NCBI GenBank assembly: GCA_013265495.1
Contig: MU058636.1
Span: 496,001 to 560,000 of the forward strand
Direction: 5' to 3'
DNA from: Vicugna vicugna
Taxonomy: Eukaryota
Length of the DNA: 64,000 bases
Below the pieces are notes generated by a model, which saw only the letters and a list, made by a program, of their open reading frames with translations, made no database searches and was not told where the DNA came from. The position numbers and the translations under genes were made by a program. Positions within the stretch are counted from its first letter, which is position 1. Each line of letters opens with the position of its first letter. Positions 39,523 through 51,989 of the stretch are shown here, one piece after another.

Positions 39523-39616
39523 TTTTTCCTTCTTTTTCTTTTAACGGAGGGACTGGGGATGGAGCCAGGACCTCATGCCTGCTCAGCACACGCTCCACCC
39601 TGAGCTACACCCTCCC
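39523..39616 (-). mobile_element. tRNA-derived SINE (vic-1-like)
   Basis: Reverse complement reads gggagggtgtagctcagggtggagcgtgtgctgagcaggcatgaggtcctggctccatccccagtccctcc plus an A tail. Confidence 0.85.
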
Positions 39617-41120
39617 GCCTCGTGTGCCCTTTGGACGTGGATTAACCAGCTGTCATAAGTGTTTGGTGTCCCTTTGGCCAGAGGCAGAGCAGAGAACTCT
39701 GGTCTGGCTGTGTCTGCACCTCTGCTGCACTTTCATTCACAGGTGGTGGTGGGTTTTTTTAAATTATGGAAACCTGATTTTGATAAAGGACAGAAGAGGA
39801 AGGAAGGGGGTGCTTAGACATGCAGACCCTTCGCAGGGAAGGCGGCCCAGCCCTGTCCTGGATGCCCTCCCTGTGTCCACTTGCTCCTTTTCTGGTCACA
39901 GCCCCTCCATCCCTTCCCCTCCAGCAGACCGTGCACTGAGACAGTGCTGGCTCCAGCACTGGCCTGGGAAGTGGCCTGGCTCATTACAGACTCATGAAGG
40001 CCGTTACTTGTCACCTGCAGTTGTTGACGATGGGAAGACGCCCCTCTGCTCGTGCTTCCCAGCACGGCCACTATTGTAGAGGTGGTGGTGGGGCCTCAGG
40101 ACCTGAAGGACGTGTGTCCGGCCGAGGACATTGCCTGAGAAAATAACTCACTAGGTAAACAGACTGGAAGCAAAGGTTGACTAATTGAGCCCCTCACTTG
40201 CTCTCAGCCTTGGAGGAAGGTGGCTCGTCAGTTCCCCCTTTAGGTGGAGGACGTCTGGAGCCAGCATGCTTGGGCCCTGTGGAAGGCAGTTCTGGTCATC
40301 ACCACTGAGGCTCCCTCCGACACGCTGTGGCTTGTCCTCTGTGGTGTAATTTGTGTCACGGCTGACGAATAATGTTAAGGACAGTAACCAAATGGTGCAT
40401 CTGAATAATTTTGGCCAGTTCCATGTCTTCCACATGCTTGGTCTCCTGGCACCTTAGACTCAGAAATATCTAAAGCACAACCTCTTGCCCTAATGCGTTC
40501 CCTGTGGTCCCGCTCTGTCCAGTGATGTTGTCACCTTCCCCGGTCACACATGGGAAACCTTTAAGCCACTCCCCCTGTCTCTCCCTCATCACCAGAGCTC
40601 CACTCAGCACATCCAGAGACCAGCCCAACATCACTGACTTCCGCGTGTTCAGCCACGCTGTTGGCACGTGTGCAGCTACATTGTTGGTGTGTGTGCTGCC
40701 GTATTTAGAGCATCAGACGGCCAGGATCAGAGGTGGTACTTCCTGGCGTCGGCTGCCCGAGGGCACAAACAGTCTGCACGCACACCTGGGCTGCAGGACA
40801 CGTGGCAATGGCAGGAGGAGAGAGAGCGCCTGGCGCTGAGTACAGACTGTAAGTCAACTCAGAGTCAGGCCTCTGCATCTTGTCTTTTGTTACGGCTTAT
40901 TTCCATGAGAAAGAGTCTTAAAACTTAAACTCTTGTCCTTGCTAATGTCTCCTGGTCAGAAATTCTTCACCAGGCACTGAGGAACGTGTCTCCATTGGTG
41001 GCACTAAGTGAGGACTTGTGACAGGGAGCAGGGAGCTCTGTCAGCCGTTGGCCTTGACCTCGACCTGGCCAGGTTAGGGCTGTAACCCAAACACACTGAC
41101 TTCTTCTTTATGAATTGTAC

Positions 41121-41144
41121 CAGTCAGGGTCTTTGTTTGCAGTG

Positions 41145-41180
<36 letters not shown>

Positions 41181-41640
41181 TGCTAGCTTTGACTTAATAA
41201 GCAGAAGAGGAGTATGTAGGCGGTAATGCTCCATCCTGCAGAGGGTATGGAGAAGCTTAAGAACCAGGCTCAGGAAGCTGGTAGGACCCACGGAGCTGCC
41301 CCGGGACCGCGCGGTCAGGACAGGATGCGGCACTGCTGCTGTCAGCCGTGTGCCTGTGCTGGTGGTGGACTCAGGGCTCCACCATTTCGAATAACCTGGG
41401 AGGTCCCTGAAGCACAGGCAGGAGCGTCGGTGGACAAGCCCGGGTCTCCTCCAGGCCCCAGCCAGTTCCATTCTGCAGTCCTTCTAGCAGACTTATCACA
41501 AATGTTCCCAGATGTGTTTTAGAAAGATCCTGGCAATGCCTACCTTCTCCTGCAAATGACAAGAGGGGAAAACGTCTTTTCCACAAGGCTTCTGCAGGGG
41601 AAGGAGCGAGGAGAACCCTGAAGTTTTCTTGAACAGCTCC
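41121..41640. mobile_element. Probable old MLT1-type LTR containing an (AC)n microsatellite at 41146-41177
   Basis: cagtcagggtctttgtttgcagtgaac...gacttaataagcagaagagg...agaaccaggctcaggaa pattern. Right boundary uncertain. Confidence 0.45.
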
Positions 41641-41717
41641 TTTCAATGAGAAGAGGAATCTGCCTTATTAACAGATGATTGACATAAGTTTTAAGTCTAG
41701 TTTAAAATACCATATTC

Positions 41718-42682
41718 AGATCAATAACAACAACAAAAACACACCCAATCAGAAAACGGGCAGAAGATCTAAATAGTCATTTCTCCAAAGAAGACATACA
41801 GATGGCCAACAGGCACAGGAAGGATGCGCAACATCACTGATTATTAGAGACATGTAGATGGAAAACTTCACACCGGTCAGAGTGGCCCTCATGAAAAAGT
41901 CTACAAATAAAACATGCTGGAGAGGATGTGGAGAAGAGGGAACACTCCTGCACCTTTGGTGGGAATGTAAATTTGGTGCAGCCACTATGGAAACGAGTAT
42001 GGAGGTTCCTTAAAAAATTAAAAATAGAGTTACCATATGATCCAGCAATCCCACTCCTGGGCATATATCTGAAAAAAACTCTAATTCAAAAAGATACATG
42101 GACCTAAGTGTTCATAGCAGCACTGTTTACAATAGCCAAGACATGAAAGCAGCCTAAATGTCCATTGAGGGATGACTGGATAAAGAAGATATCACACACA
42201 CACACACACAGACACACACACACACACACACACTGGAATATTACTCAGTCGTAAAAAAGAATGGGGTCCTGCCATTTGCAACAACATGGATGGACCTAGA
42301 GATTATCAGAGTAAGTGAAGTAAGTCAGACAGAGAAAGACAAATATTTGATATCACTTACATGTGGAATCTAAAAAATGTTACAAACGAACCTATTTACA
42401 AAACAAAAACAGACTCACAGACATAGGTAACAAACTTTACGGTTACCAAAGGGGGAAGCCAGGGAGGGATAAATTAGGAGTTTGGGATTAGCAAATGCAA
42501 ACTACTATATATAAAATAGATAAACAATAAGGTCCTACTGTATAGCACAGGGAATTACATTCAGTATCTGGTAATAACCTATAATGAAAAATTAAACATG
42601 TGTATAACTGAATCACTATGCTGTACACCAGAAAATACAATATTGTAAATCAGCTCTACTTCAATAAAAATAAGGAAAAAAA
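41718..42682 (+). mobile_element. LINE-1 3' end (ORF2 C-terminus, 3'UTR and A tail), 5'-truncated, sense to ATP8A2
   Basis: gcagaagatctaaatagtcatttctccaaagaagacatacagatggcc; catatgatccagcaatcccactcctgggcatatat; ends caataaaaataaggaaaaaaa. (CA)n expansion at 42193-42233. Confidence 0.95.
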
Positions 42683-44389
42683 TCATGTTTAGCAAGAAGC
42701 ATAAACAAAGCAAAAGTCATCCCATAAGAAAACTACAGGACCAGGGCTTGAGGAAAGGCAGACCTGAAATTGGTGCCCTTACAAAAGGTGATGGGGAGGA
42801 GGTGGCATCCTGGACAGAAGCTTCGAGGCCAGGAGCTTGGCCTGGGGCCAGGATGGGTAACCAGGCATCAGATAACCCTAAAGTCAGACACTAACGACAT
42901 AGAGACAGGTAATTACCTCTTAACTTGTCGGTGTCTGTCACAATTCACGTAGCAAATGTCCTGTTACTTCTGCTTCAAGAAAAGCCTGCAGCTGCAGACT
43001 TGCTTCTGGTGAAGTGGTTAAACGTTCCATCGGATTATAAAGTGTCATTTCTTTGTCTTTTCCGGATACTATCAAGTCATGAGCAGCCAGCGAGAAGAGA
43101 AGAGAAAACATGATAAGCAGTACTTCGTCGTGTTCATTAAAACACCGGGTGACTTTCAGCTCGAGTGACACTGCTGCTGGAGCCAAGGGCAGCTGCTCCC
43201 CTATTTGTAGGCCTACAGTGAGGCTGTAAGTGGTAATGAAAGGCTTGAGGTGAGTTTTAGTTCTGCAGCAGGATTTGGGCATTGCGAGGATCTTTCTAGA
43301 ATCCATTTAGATCAATTCCTGTAAATCTGCTGAAAGAACCATTACAATAAGGAAATCGTATTGACAAGCTGCCGTCTTTCCCCTCCCTGGAGTTCCTGTT
43401 TACCGTTACAGGTAAGCGGGAAGTGGAGTCTCACCCGCCCTGCACGCCCCCCAGAACTACTCGGGTAAGTTAATCTTTTCAACAGAGCCGCCAGCTCTTC
43501 CAGCAAAGGCATTTGCTGTCTTTGTGGTTTTGGTAAAAAGGTGGTTCATTTTACCAGTTTCTTGATGAAATATGTTTCATGATAAATTCAATCCTTCCTC
43601 AAAAAAAAAAAATTCCCCTGATTGACTTTTCTGTGCAAAATTTGTCATGAAAGGCTTCCTGTATGGAAGCAGCCAAGTACTGAGTTTGTGTGGACCTGGG
43701 CAAAACAGTTTGGGGTCCAAGGTTACGGATATTTATTGCTGGAGGTATAACATGTAATTCATATCCAGGAAGAACAAAATCCAGCACGCTGACAGTGGTT
43801 CTCGAACAGATACATTTACTTTTTTTGTCTTGGGGGAGTGTTTTTCTCCCTGCTCCCCGTTTCAATCCTTTGCCACACGTGGTAGAATTTAGAACGAGTT
43901 TTGCCAGGGATAACTAGCAAGGTATCCAACGTGTAAATACACAGGAGAGCCGCTGGTTTCATTGCACGGACTTTTGAGAAAGTCCCTTGCTCTCCGAGGC
44001 TGGCAGGGCATGCAGGAAATTCCTCGTAGGTCTGCCCGATGCAGTAAACAGACCTCCGGCATCTAACCGCATCCGTGCTGAAGGTTCTTATGTGGGGTTG
44101 TTTTTGCTCTTTGTGTAGAAGTCAAGGGTCCCAGCATTCCCATTCCAGTTTCTTTAGCTCTTAGGCTTTGCAATTTGTGTATGACTGTGTTTAGAGTTTA
44201 ATAGATCTCGGGGTTTAGTAGGACTTACTCCGTGTTATGGATATACTCCCCGAGAAGGTGGGCGAGGTCAGCGGATCCCCTGTGGATCTGCGTCTGAGCC
44301 ACCTGACGTCACATCAGATTTGTCAGAAGGCTCACAAGTTAACGTTTGCCTTTTGGTGACTCCTGGAGGACGTTGCTTGTGATATTCAG

Positions 44390-44556
44390 GGACCCATGCT
44401 ACTCGGTGCCGTCCCGGCCGGCAGCCTGGGCATCCCCCAGGAGAGGGCTTGGTAGAAATTCTGAATCTCAGGCCCCAGGCAGAACTGCTGGACTGGAATC
44501 TGCAGTTTAGCCAGAGCCCAGGGGGCTCATAGAACATTAAAAGTGAAGCAGCTCTG
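44390..44556. mobile_element. MER5A-like hAT relic
   Basis: gcttggtagaaattctgaatctcaggcccc...ggaatctgcagtttagccagagcccagggggctcatagaacattaaaagtg. Confidence 0.7.
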
Positions 44557-45694
44557 AGTGGCATCTCGGCCACCAGAGTCCATCCCAGTAAGAATTCTCA
44601 GGAGCATGTGGGGGAGATCCGCAGGCCGCCAGTGGGGCAGAGGAAGGAGGGTGAAGAGGACACCGCTCAGTTAAATCATGCTCATTAATTCAACTTGAGG
44701 CAGGAATGTGTGTAAATAAACGCTGGCAGCTTCCTGCGGGGCTGGTGCAAGAATGCAGGGCCAGCGCCTGCCCCTGAAAACGCAGCTGGGGACCCGTCAG
44801 CCAGCTCTGCATCTGCGAGATAATGACGGAGAAGACGGCATTACCGTTATCGCGTGAGGGGGGTTTAAATGCAGTTACGCACAAGACCAAGTGGAACTGG
44901 AGGCTCTGCTCCCAGAGATAAAATCTTAATTATTTGAAAAGATAAAGCTCCCTGGACTGCTCCCTCGTCTTCTAAATCAATACAGATTGGATTTCCAGGG
45001 CTTAAAATGAGTCGGCCAGTGCCTGGCCCCACACAGCCTGGGTCCAAGTCAGTGACCTGTTCACATCCCCCTTTCCCAACGACACTGAGTCCCTGAGAAA
45101 CGGGGAGGGGGGAACTGAGTTCTGTAGAGTAAGCGCCACCCCTTTGGACCACAAACCTGTGAAATGTTTACAGGGTTGGTTTTTGCACTTGGTGTTCACT
45201 GGCTGCTTTGAGAGCCGAGGAATCATCACCAGGTAATATTTATTAAGCCCCACGTGGCGTGCTGGGCAGGACACTGGCCTAACTGTGAAAAGGTGGTTCT
45301 CCTGCTGTACTGGTAGGAGAGAATGGACCCTAACTCAGCAAATTCGTCAGCGCTGAACACTTGATTCTGTCAGGTGTCAGGCGTCGTTTGTGAAAAAAGA
45401 GTTGGATGTCATTTTAACCAGCAGGGAAGAACATTCTAAGTTTTTATCCCGAGCACTGAAGGTAAATAGCAACAGTAATAACAACACACAGCCTAAGGAG
45501 AAGGGGCCTGGCGCACTGCAGACCTGGCCATTTGCTTTATCCACGGATAATGACAGCCCAGCGTAAGTGTCCTTCATGCGCTTCACCTGTTACGTGCTCC
45601 TCGCCATAAGAAGCAGTGCTCGTGGTTAAGCTGCGCAGGTGTTCTTAAGAAATTAAACCTGCTATGCAAAGCTGGTTCTAGGGTTACTGGGAAG

Positions 45695-45875
45695 ATTAGT
45701 AATTATTAATGTGAATTATGGATAATAATCCTTAACAAAATAAGAAAATTAATTACTAATTATAAATACAACTTACTATTAATAATTGTTAATTATAATA
45801 ATACAATGGCTAAGAACAATAAATCAGAATGACAATGATAATTTAGAGTAATAATAACTAATTAAAGATAATAAT
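45695..45875. repeat. AT-rich low-complexity tract (TAA/TAAT)
   Basis: aattattaat...ttaattactaattataaat...ttaataattgttaattataataatac. Confidence 0.75.
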
Positions 45876-48800
45876 GATCTTCTTTGGCAGACTCACTGAA
45901 ACCTAGTATCTTATTCCTGTATTGATGACTTTGCCAGATCATTGTCTTTGAACCCCATGTCTTTTTCCATTTTTCTGCTTTACTGTCTTCTACCTCTTTC
46001 TGATTAATTTTGTATAATACTGTAATTGTTCCTACAAGTATGTACCGCTCTACATCTAATACCTTTGATGATCCTCTGCATTTAACAGAGTCATTTAAAG
46101 CTTTCTCCTTGGATGCTGTTCGTTCCAAAGAGACACCAGTTTCCCAACTAATAGTAGCCCTGAGTCCCTTGTCCCTCCTCAGCGAGGAGTGGCTGTCCAG
46201 GAGAAGAGGCGTTTCCTTCTCTGCTTTAGCTGGAAGTGTTTCCCTTGGTGCCTCTCCGCCCGGGCGGACACGCTCAGAGCAGCTCACCGAGTGTTACAGA
46301 ATGCTTCTGTTTAGTCCTCACTACAGTGCCCATTTCATATGCAGGAAAACCAAGTCCTGGGGGGGTTAAGGAACAGCCCAAGGTCACCAAGTCAGGAAGG
46401 GAGGCAGAACTCACCCTTGGGCTGCCCCTGAACAGCCCCACTCACCCTCCCACGCGCAGCACTGCCTTGTCTTTGCAGCACCCCCCACGGCCCCCCACCT
46501 CCGTGCTCTGAGTCCTCTGTGCAATTTCATTATGAAAAAATATTTTTATCCTTATTGCAGACTCGTGTGTGTACACATTAGGACTTTTGGAGAAGGGACT
46601 GGGAGTAGAAGAGGCCCACAGTGGGCAGCAGAAACCCCCTTCCCCGGACAAACCACTGAGTGTGAATCTGGGGGGTGGGGCATCGGAGAGCCCCTGTCCC
46701 TGGGCTTTGTCCCAGCTGCTTAGAAAAGCTAGAGAAAGCCCTCCGCTGCAGGCCACTCCAGGTGAAACTGGAGGAAACACCAGCTCCTGGCCTGCGGCCA
46801 CGTGGACATCCCCGAGTGACACGTGGCCTGCGGGCTGGAGGACCAGGGGCTTGGTGGTTGTCGAGGCCTGACTCACAGGCTTGGCAGGCACTCTGCTTTT
46901 GGCTTAGGAGGGATTGAAACTCTGGCTGAGAATGACAGGAAGCAGACCGAGGAGACGTCACTTCTCGTGACTTTCTTCCTCTTGTGCACACGGCATTGCC
47001 TTCTGGGAGAAGGGTTTCCAAGGGGGCCAAAATGAAGAGAAGTCGGGTTGTTCGGGCTCGGCCCTCTGGTTGATGCGCGGTGTCCCTCACGTGCAGCTGC
47101 GGCGTGGTCGGTGGGAGGTCGGTCAGTGGAAGGACAGTGGCGTCTCACTCAGCCTTCCTGGAATGTCACCTCTGGGGGTCCCGCAGACCAGGTCAGGTTG
47201 AGGGTGAGGGGTCTCCCCTTTCCCCATCATGACACCGGGGCTCAGCAGGTGCACGTCTATCCCAGTGGGGTTAGGATGGCGGTTGTGCAGTGTTAGGAAG
47301 AAGATCATTTCGGGGTTTGGTTCTGTCTCTCATCTCCCCGGGTCCAGGGCCTGGTTTCTTTGTGGCCAGTGCAGTCCTGCGCCTGCCCCCCTGCTCACTC
47401 TCGAGCCATCAGGACGTAGGATGCTGTGGCTTGAAACTCGGGTGTGCGTCCTCTGGGAGACGCGGATTTTGTGCCCTGATGGACTGATCTGGGTCTGTGA
47501 TGGGCCCTTTGTCTGTGGACGTTTGCTCAGATGCAGGCAGACTTGGCGATTTTCCCTGCCACGTCCTTGAGCCTCACGTGGGCCTGAGAAGGTCCAGAGC
47601 TCTGAAAAGACGTGTCGGGTGAACGGGCCCAAATCAGAGCTTCGGGGTCAGAACCCCATTTACCTGCGGCCGTGGCTCCTCTCCCTGCTGAGTCTTTCCT
47701 GAACCCCGGGGCCCTTCCGCATCCCTCCGCATCTCCTGCTCTGCTGCCTGTGGGTCCCCCGGGGCCACGAGCACCCCTCGCAGAGACGGGGGACCCGGCC
47801 TTCCCCAGCTGTGGTCGGCTGTGGGATGTGCAGGCTGAGCTCTGCCCCGGATGCCCCTCCTCACTCCAGCCGGACGCTCAGTGCCCTCTCTTCTCTTCCT
47901 CTTTTCTCCTGTGTCTCTTTCCCTGCCCCCACAACCCCCTCCATCTTCCACCTGGGAGAGAGGTCTGTTCCTTAAGGACGAGAACATAAAGGTCAGGTCT
48001 GGTCATTGTCTCCAAGATGTCGCCACCCCATTCCACCTCAGGGACAGAAGAGGGGGCGGCTGGCCTGAGAGGCACTAGCAGCCTGAAGAGACCAGTCTTC
48101 ACCCAGAGAAGTCTGTGTCCCACGATTCTGATTATGCTGTTTCCTTCCTAGTAATTCTGTCACCTTGTGTCTCCCAGAATTAAAAAGGTTGTCATCTGCT
48201 AGGAGGGACGTTGGGTCAGAGCAGGGGATTTGCAGCATCCAGGCGTTCTTCCTCTTTTACAGTTGGCCTTTTGCTCTGCCTCAGGGAGCGTTTCCATGCT
48301 TCACTCCTCGAGGAGATGTTTATTTACTCAGACTCGCACAATTCTCACTTATCCAGGGTGACCCAGTATTAACTTGTAATCACCAGGCTTCCTGCTCAGG
48401 GAAGGGATTCTTCAAGAAAAGCAAAGGGAACTGAAGGTTCAAAATTCCAGAGAGAAACTCCTACCGAAGAGGATGGCGAAGGGCTGCATTTCGGGAGCCG
48501 TCTCCCCGAGCGGCCTGCTACTGGAGCTCTCCGGACGCTCCACTGTTTCAAAGTCACATTTGTTGTGAAGGGAGTTTTTTCTCTACGTTACTACGGCAGC
48601 AGGTGCCGAGGCTGACAGGCGCTGTCACGGCATCTCCTAGAGGGCTGTGTTTTTACACACCTGTGTTAATCAGCAGTGTTAAGTTTTCCAACTTAACCTG
48701 TGCCTACTGCCCGCCCCCGGAGAAGTTGGAATGTCATAAATCTCAACTAGCTTTCATTCTGGAAGATTCTCAAAGCAGTGATGGTGGCTCCTGGCTCTTG

Positions 48801-49664
48801 CTGGATTTGACTGCATGTGTTTGGTGGGTTTTTAGAGCAGAAGGGCGTCCCTAGCCTCTGTTCTATGTGCAGTGCCTGTGGTACGTCACCCACCCTTGGT
48901 CCCCCCCATTTTTGGTCACATCTGAAGTGCCAGCTGCTTGTTATAATCAGGCCACTAAACTTAGACTAGGGGCGTGAAATACAGCTGCCACCACGCATGG
49001 CCTTGCACTCCCTGTGCAGGAGAGGGAAAGCCCCTCGAGGGCTTGACCCCATGGGCAGAGCAACTCCCCGGGCCAGGCAGCAGCCCCGAGCCACTTAGAG
49101 CATCTGGGGGCTGGTGAGCAGCGTGTTGGTAAACGTTCCGAGACTCAGAGCCCTCTCCGGGGGACCGTCGGAGATTTACTGCCTTGAGAGCAGGAATAGG
49201 AGAGAAACGCGATGAGGCTTCCATTCGCCGGGTCCTAGGTGTTCCCTAGGATTTGCTGGTTGTTTGTTATAGAATCAAACTTGCAAAGCAAAGGAGTCTC
49301 CCCGTAGGTGGTTGACGACACAGAGTCAGCTAGCAGGCAACGTTCTTCCAAGGACAAGGCGACTCTCCATAAAGTCTGAATGGTCTCTCCAAACGTCCAT
49401 GCTGTGCGATTACACCTGTGGAAAGTCCCAACACTTGCAAAACCCATTTATGGTGTTAGAGGTCAGGGCGGTGGCTACGCTTGGGTGGAGGAGAAGTAAG
49501 AAATGGGAGAGGCCTGAGGGGTCTTCTGCTGTGTCCGGGGCTTTTCATTAGAGTGCTGTGTCCAGGAATTGCTGTCTGTGAAAATGAAAACTCCCCTGTG
49601 ATGCGCACATACCGTCTGTCCCCTCTGTTGTCGGATGTGTTTTACTTCGATAAAACTGACATTT

Positions 49665-49870
49665 AAAAATATGACATAAACAGCAAGTTTCTACTGTACA
49701 GCACAGGGAACTGTGTTCAGTATCCTGTAGTAACCTGTAACGAAAAAGAATATGAAAGAGAATGTATGTATGTTTATGTATGACTGAAACACGATGCTGT
49801 GCACTGGAAATTGACACACTGTAGACTGACGATACTTCAACTTAAAAAATTAACAACAATATAAAAAAGA
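49665..49870 (+). mobile_element. LINE-1 extreme 3' end fragment
   Basis: ctactgtacagcacagggaactgtgttcagtatcctgtagtaacc...gctgtgcactggaaattgacacactgtagactgac, homologous to 42530-42670. Confidence 0.88.
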
Positions 49871-50677
49871 GTAGGCATGAAGTGCTGCATAAGGACAGGT
49901 GCCCTGATGCCTGGCGGAGCTCAAACCCATCCAATCCCACGAAAATATGTTTGCAATATAATCCCATCTTTATGAAAGTCTCCTAAAACCCTGATACATG
50001 AGGACAGTCCAGTAACATAGATGAGAAGTGAGGTGAGGGACCTAAGTTAAAACATTAAGTCAATCAGGACTTTCAAGCTAGCTTTCATTTTCTTTCACCT
50101 TTAATAAATGCATCATTATCCATTATAAAACAAAATAAAACTGTGACCTAAGAGCATAAGGAGAAAGTGCTTTCCTCAGTCCAGTTTCTACTAGGAGTGA
50201 ATTCAGAGGAGAGGAAGAGGGAGGAGGCAGGCCACCTAAGTGGGCGTTGGCTGCGGCCCTGGGGATGGGAGCCCTGCGGGCTGTGTGGCTTCTCATGACT
50301 CTTCCTGTTAAGCTTCAGGCTGTCTGTTGAGGGTCCCTAGGTTGGTTTTTTGGCTTTTTTTCCTTTAACAGACTAGTAATAAGCACAGCAGTATGTTTTT
50401 TAATCTTAGTAGAACGCTTGTGAATAAATGCCTCTGTGGCCGCTTATGCAATGAATAATCTTAAAAATTCATTTAAATATGCTGGCTTGGAAAGGACCAC
50501 CCTATGGGTGATGGTCACGGGGGTAGTGGACAGAGAAGCGCTCAGAGCCTCAGGGACACAGCATTTCCCAGGTGGGGCGAGAGTCTTCTCACCAAGGGCA
50601 GCACCCACTGGCGGGAGAGTACAGTGGTTGCTCTGGAGAGGGGGGTGGACTAATTCTGTGTGAAAGTGAACTGAGCA

Positions 50678-50810
50678 GGGAGGGTGTAGCTCAGGGGTAG
50701 AGCGTGTGCTTAGCATGCACGAGGTCCTGGGTTCCGTCCCCAGCACCTCCACTGAAAAAAACAAACAAACTAATAATAAATAAATAAGCAGACCTAATGA
50801 CCTCCCCCCA
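50678..50810 (+). mobile_element. tRNA-derived SINE (vic-1-like)
   Basis: gggagggtgtagctcaggggtagagcgtgtgcttagcatgcacgaggtcctgggttccgtccccagcacctcc plus an A-rich tail. Confidence 0.9.
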
Positions 50811-51989
50811 CAGACTCCCTCTGTGTCCTGGCTAGTGGACTCTTTAAGAAATGCTTTCTGTTCTCTTAAGAAAGGCTGTGAGATGTGGCCTGATCCTAAG
50901 TCTGTTCACACGTGCTTAAGGCTGCGTGGTAGGTTTGTAACGTGTTCTCCAGGAAGGACTGTTGTTCTAGGCTCAGTTTGGGTTTTCATGCAGCCATAGC
51001 CCTCTTCCTGTCGGGTGTGCCCGGGGCTGTGTCTGCACCCTCCCTTGCTGCTGCAGTAAGCTCTTCTTTCCCTTCCTGGTGGCTGGTCTCCTGGCAGGAC
51101 CTGACACTGATGCTTCTAGAAATTCTGTCTTCTGCTTCCAAAATATGATTCTCTCCTCCCTCTCTTAACTTTCATTGGTTTATCCCACCCCTTAAGGCCT
51201 AGCCCTTAAGTATGATTGGTCTGAAGAAGTCTTTCCTCGTTTTATTTTTGATTTCTCTTGGGTTACATTATTCGGACCAAAGCCTTCAATTCCAGCTAAA
51301 AACTAACAACTCCCAGCTATATGACTTTGAACCAACACTTGATAGTTGCCTGCAGCTTAATTTACTTTGAAAATGGAGCAGGTCTTTATCGTCTTTTGTG
51401 TCTCTTTAAATACCTCACAGAACACCTGGTGCATCATATTTGATGGATGAAAAACAGTCCCACACTGGTAAAAAGTTCTTAACTTCTACGTTCAGTTTTA
51501 TGATCTTATTCTAACAAACATTCCCCAAACAGTGATGCTCTAGAAGATGAAGGATTGTGTTTCCTTTCCCGGCACGTGGTCACACTTCTGCCACGAAGAT
51601 CAGCAGGCCGCCCTCGCCGTGGGTCTATTTTTAACTAAGGCCTCGCCTGTCAGACTTCTCCAGAAAGTGCCGTTTGGATGACTGAGGTGACACTTTGCAG
51701 AAGACCTTTCTTCCTTTATTCTTGTGGGACAGACCGATTCTGAACATAAGTCCTTGGAGCAGAAACGCTAAAACATTTGGGAACCTTTTTTTCCCTAGTG
51801 GGAGCCTTATGTTGCCAGAAGTGACTATCCCAGAGAGCTGAAGAAAGGCCTATGAAATTTAGCTTTTAAAAACAAAGCTGTGTTTAAGTTCTGTGGAAAC
51901 AGAAGGTATTGCTTAAACATGACATGGCAGATGTTATGAAAATTTGTTTTAAGGCATTGCTCTCAGGTTAAGTCATGTTTCCAAGCTGC

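Noticed and set aside
50678..50752. tRNA gene-like sequence (also at 2140, 14030, 30899, 39545)
   Set aside because: Multiple diverged copies with a shared A-rich tail and TSDs are tRNA-derived SINEs, not tRNA genes.
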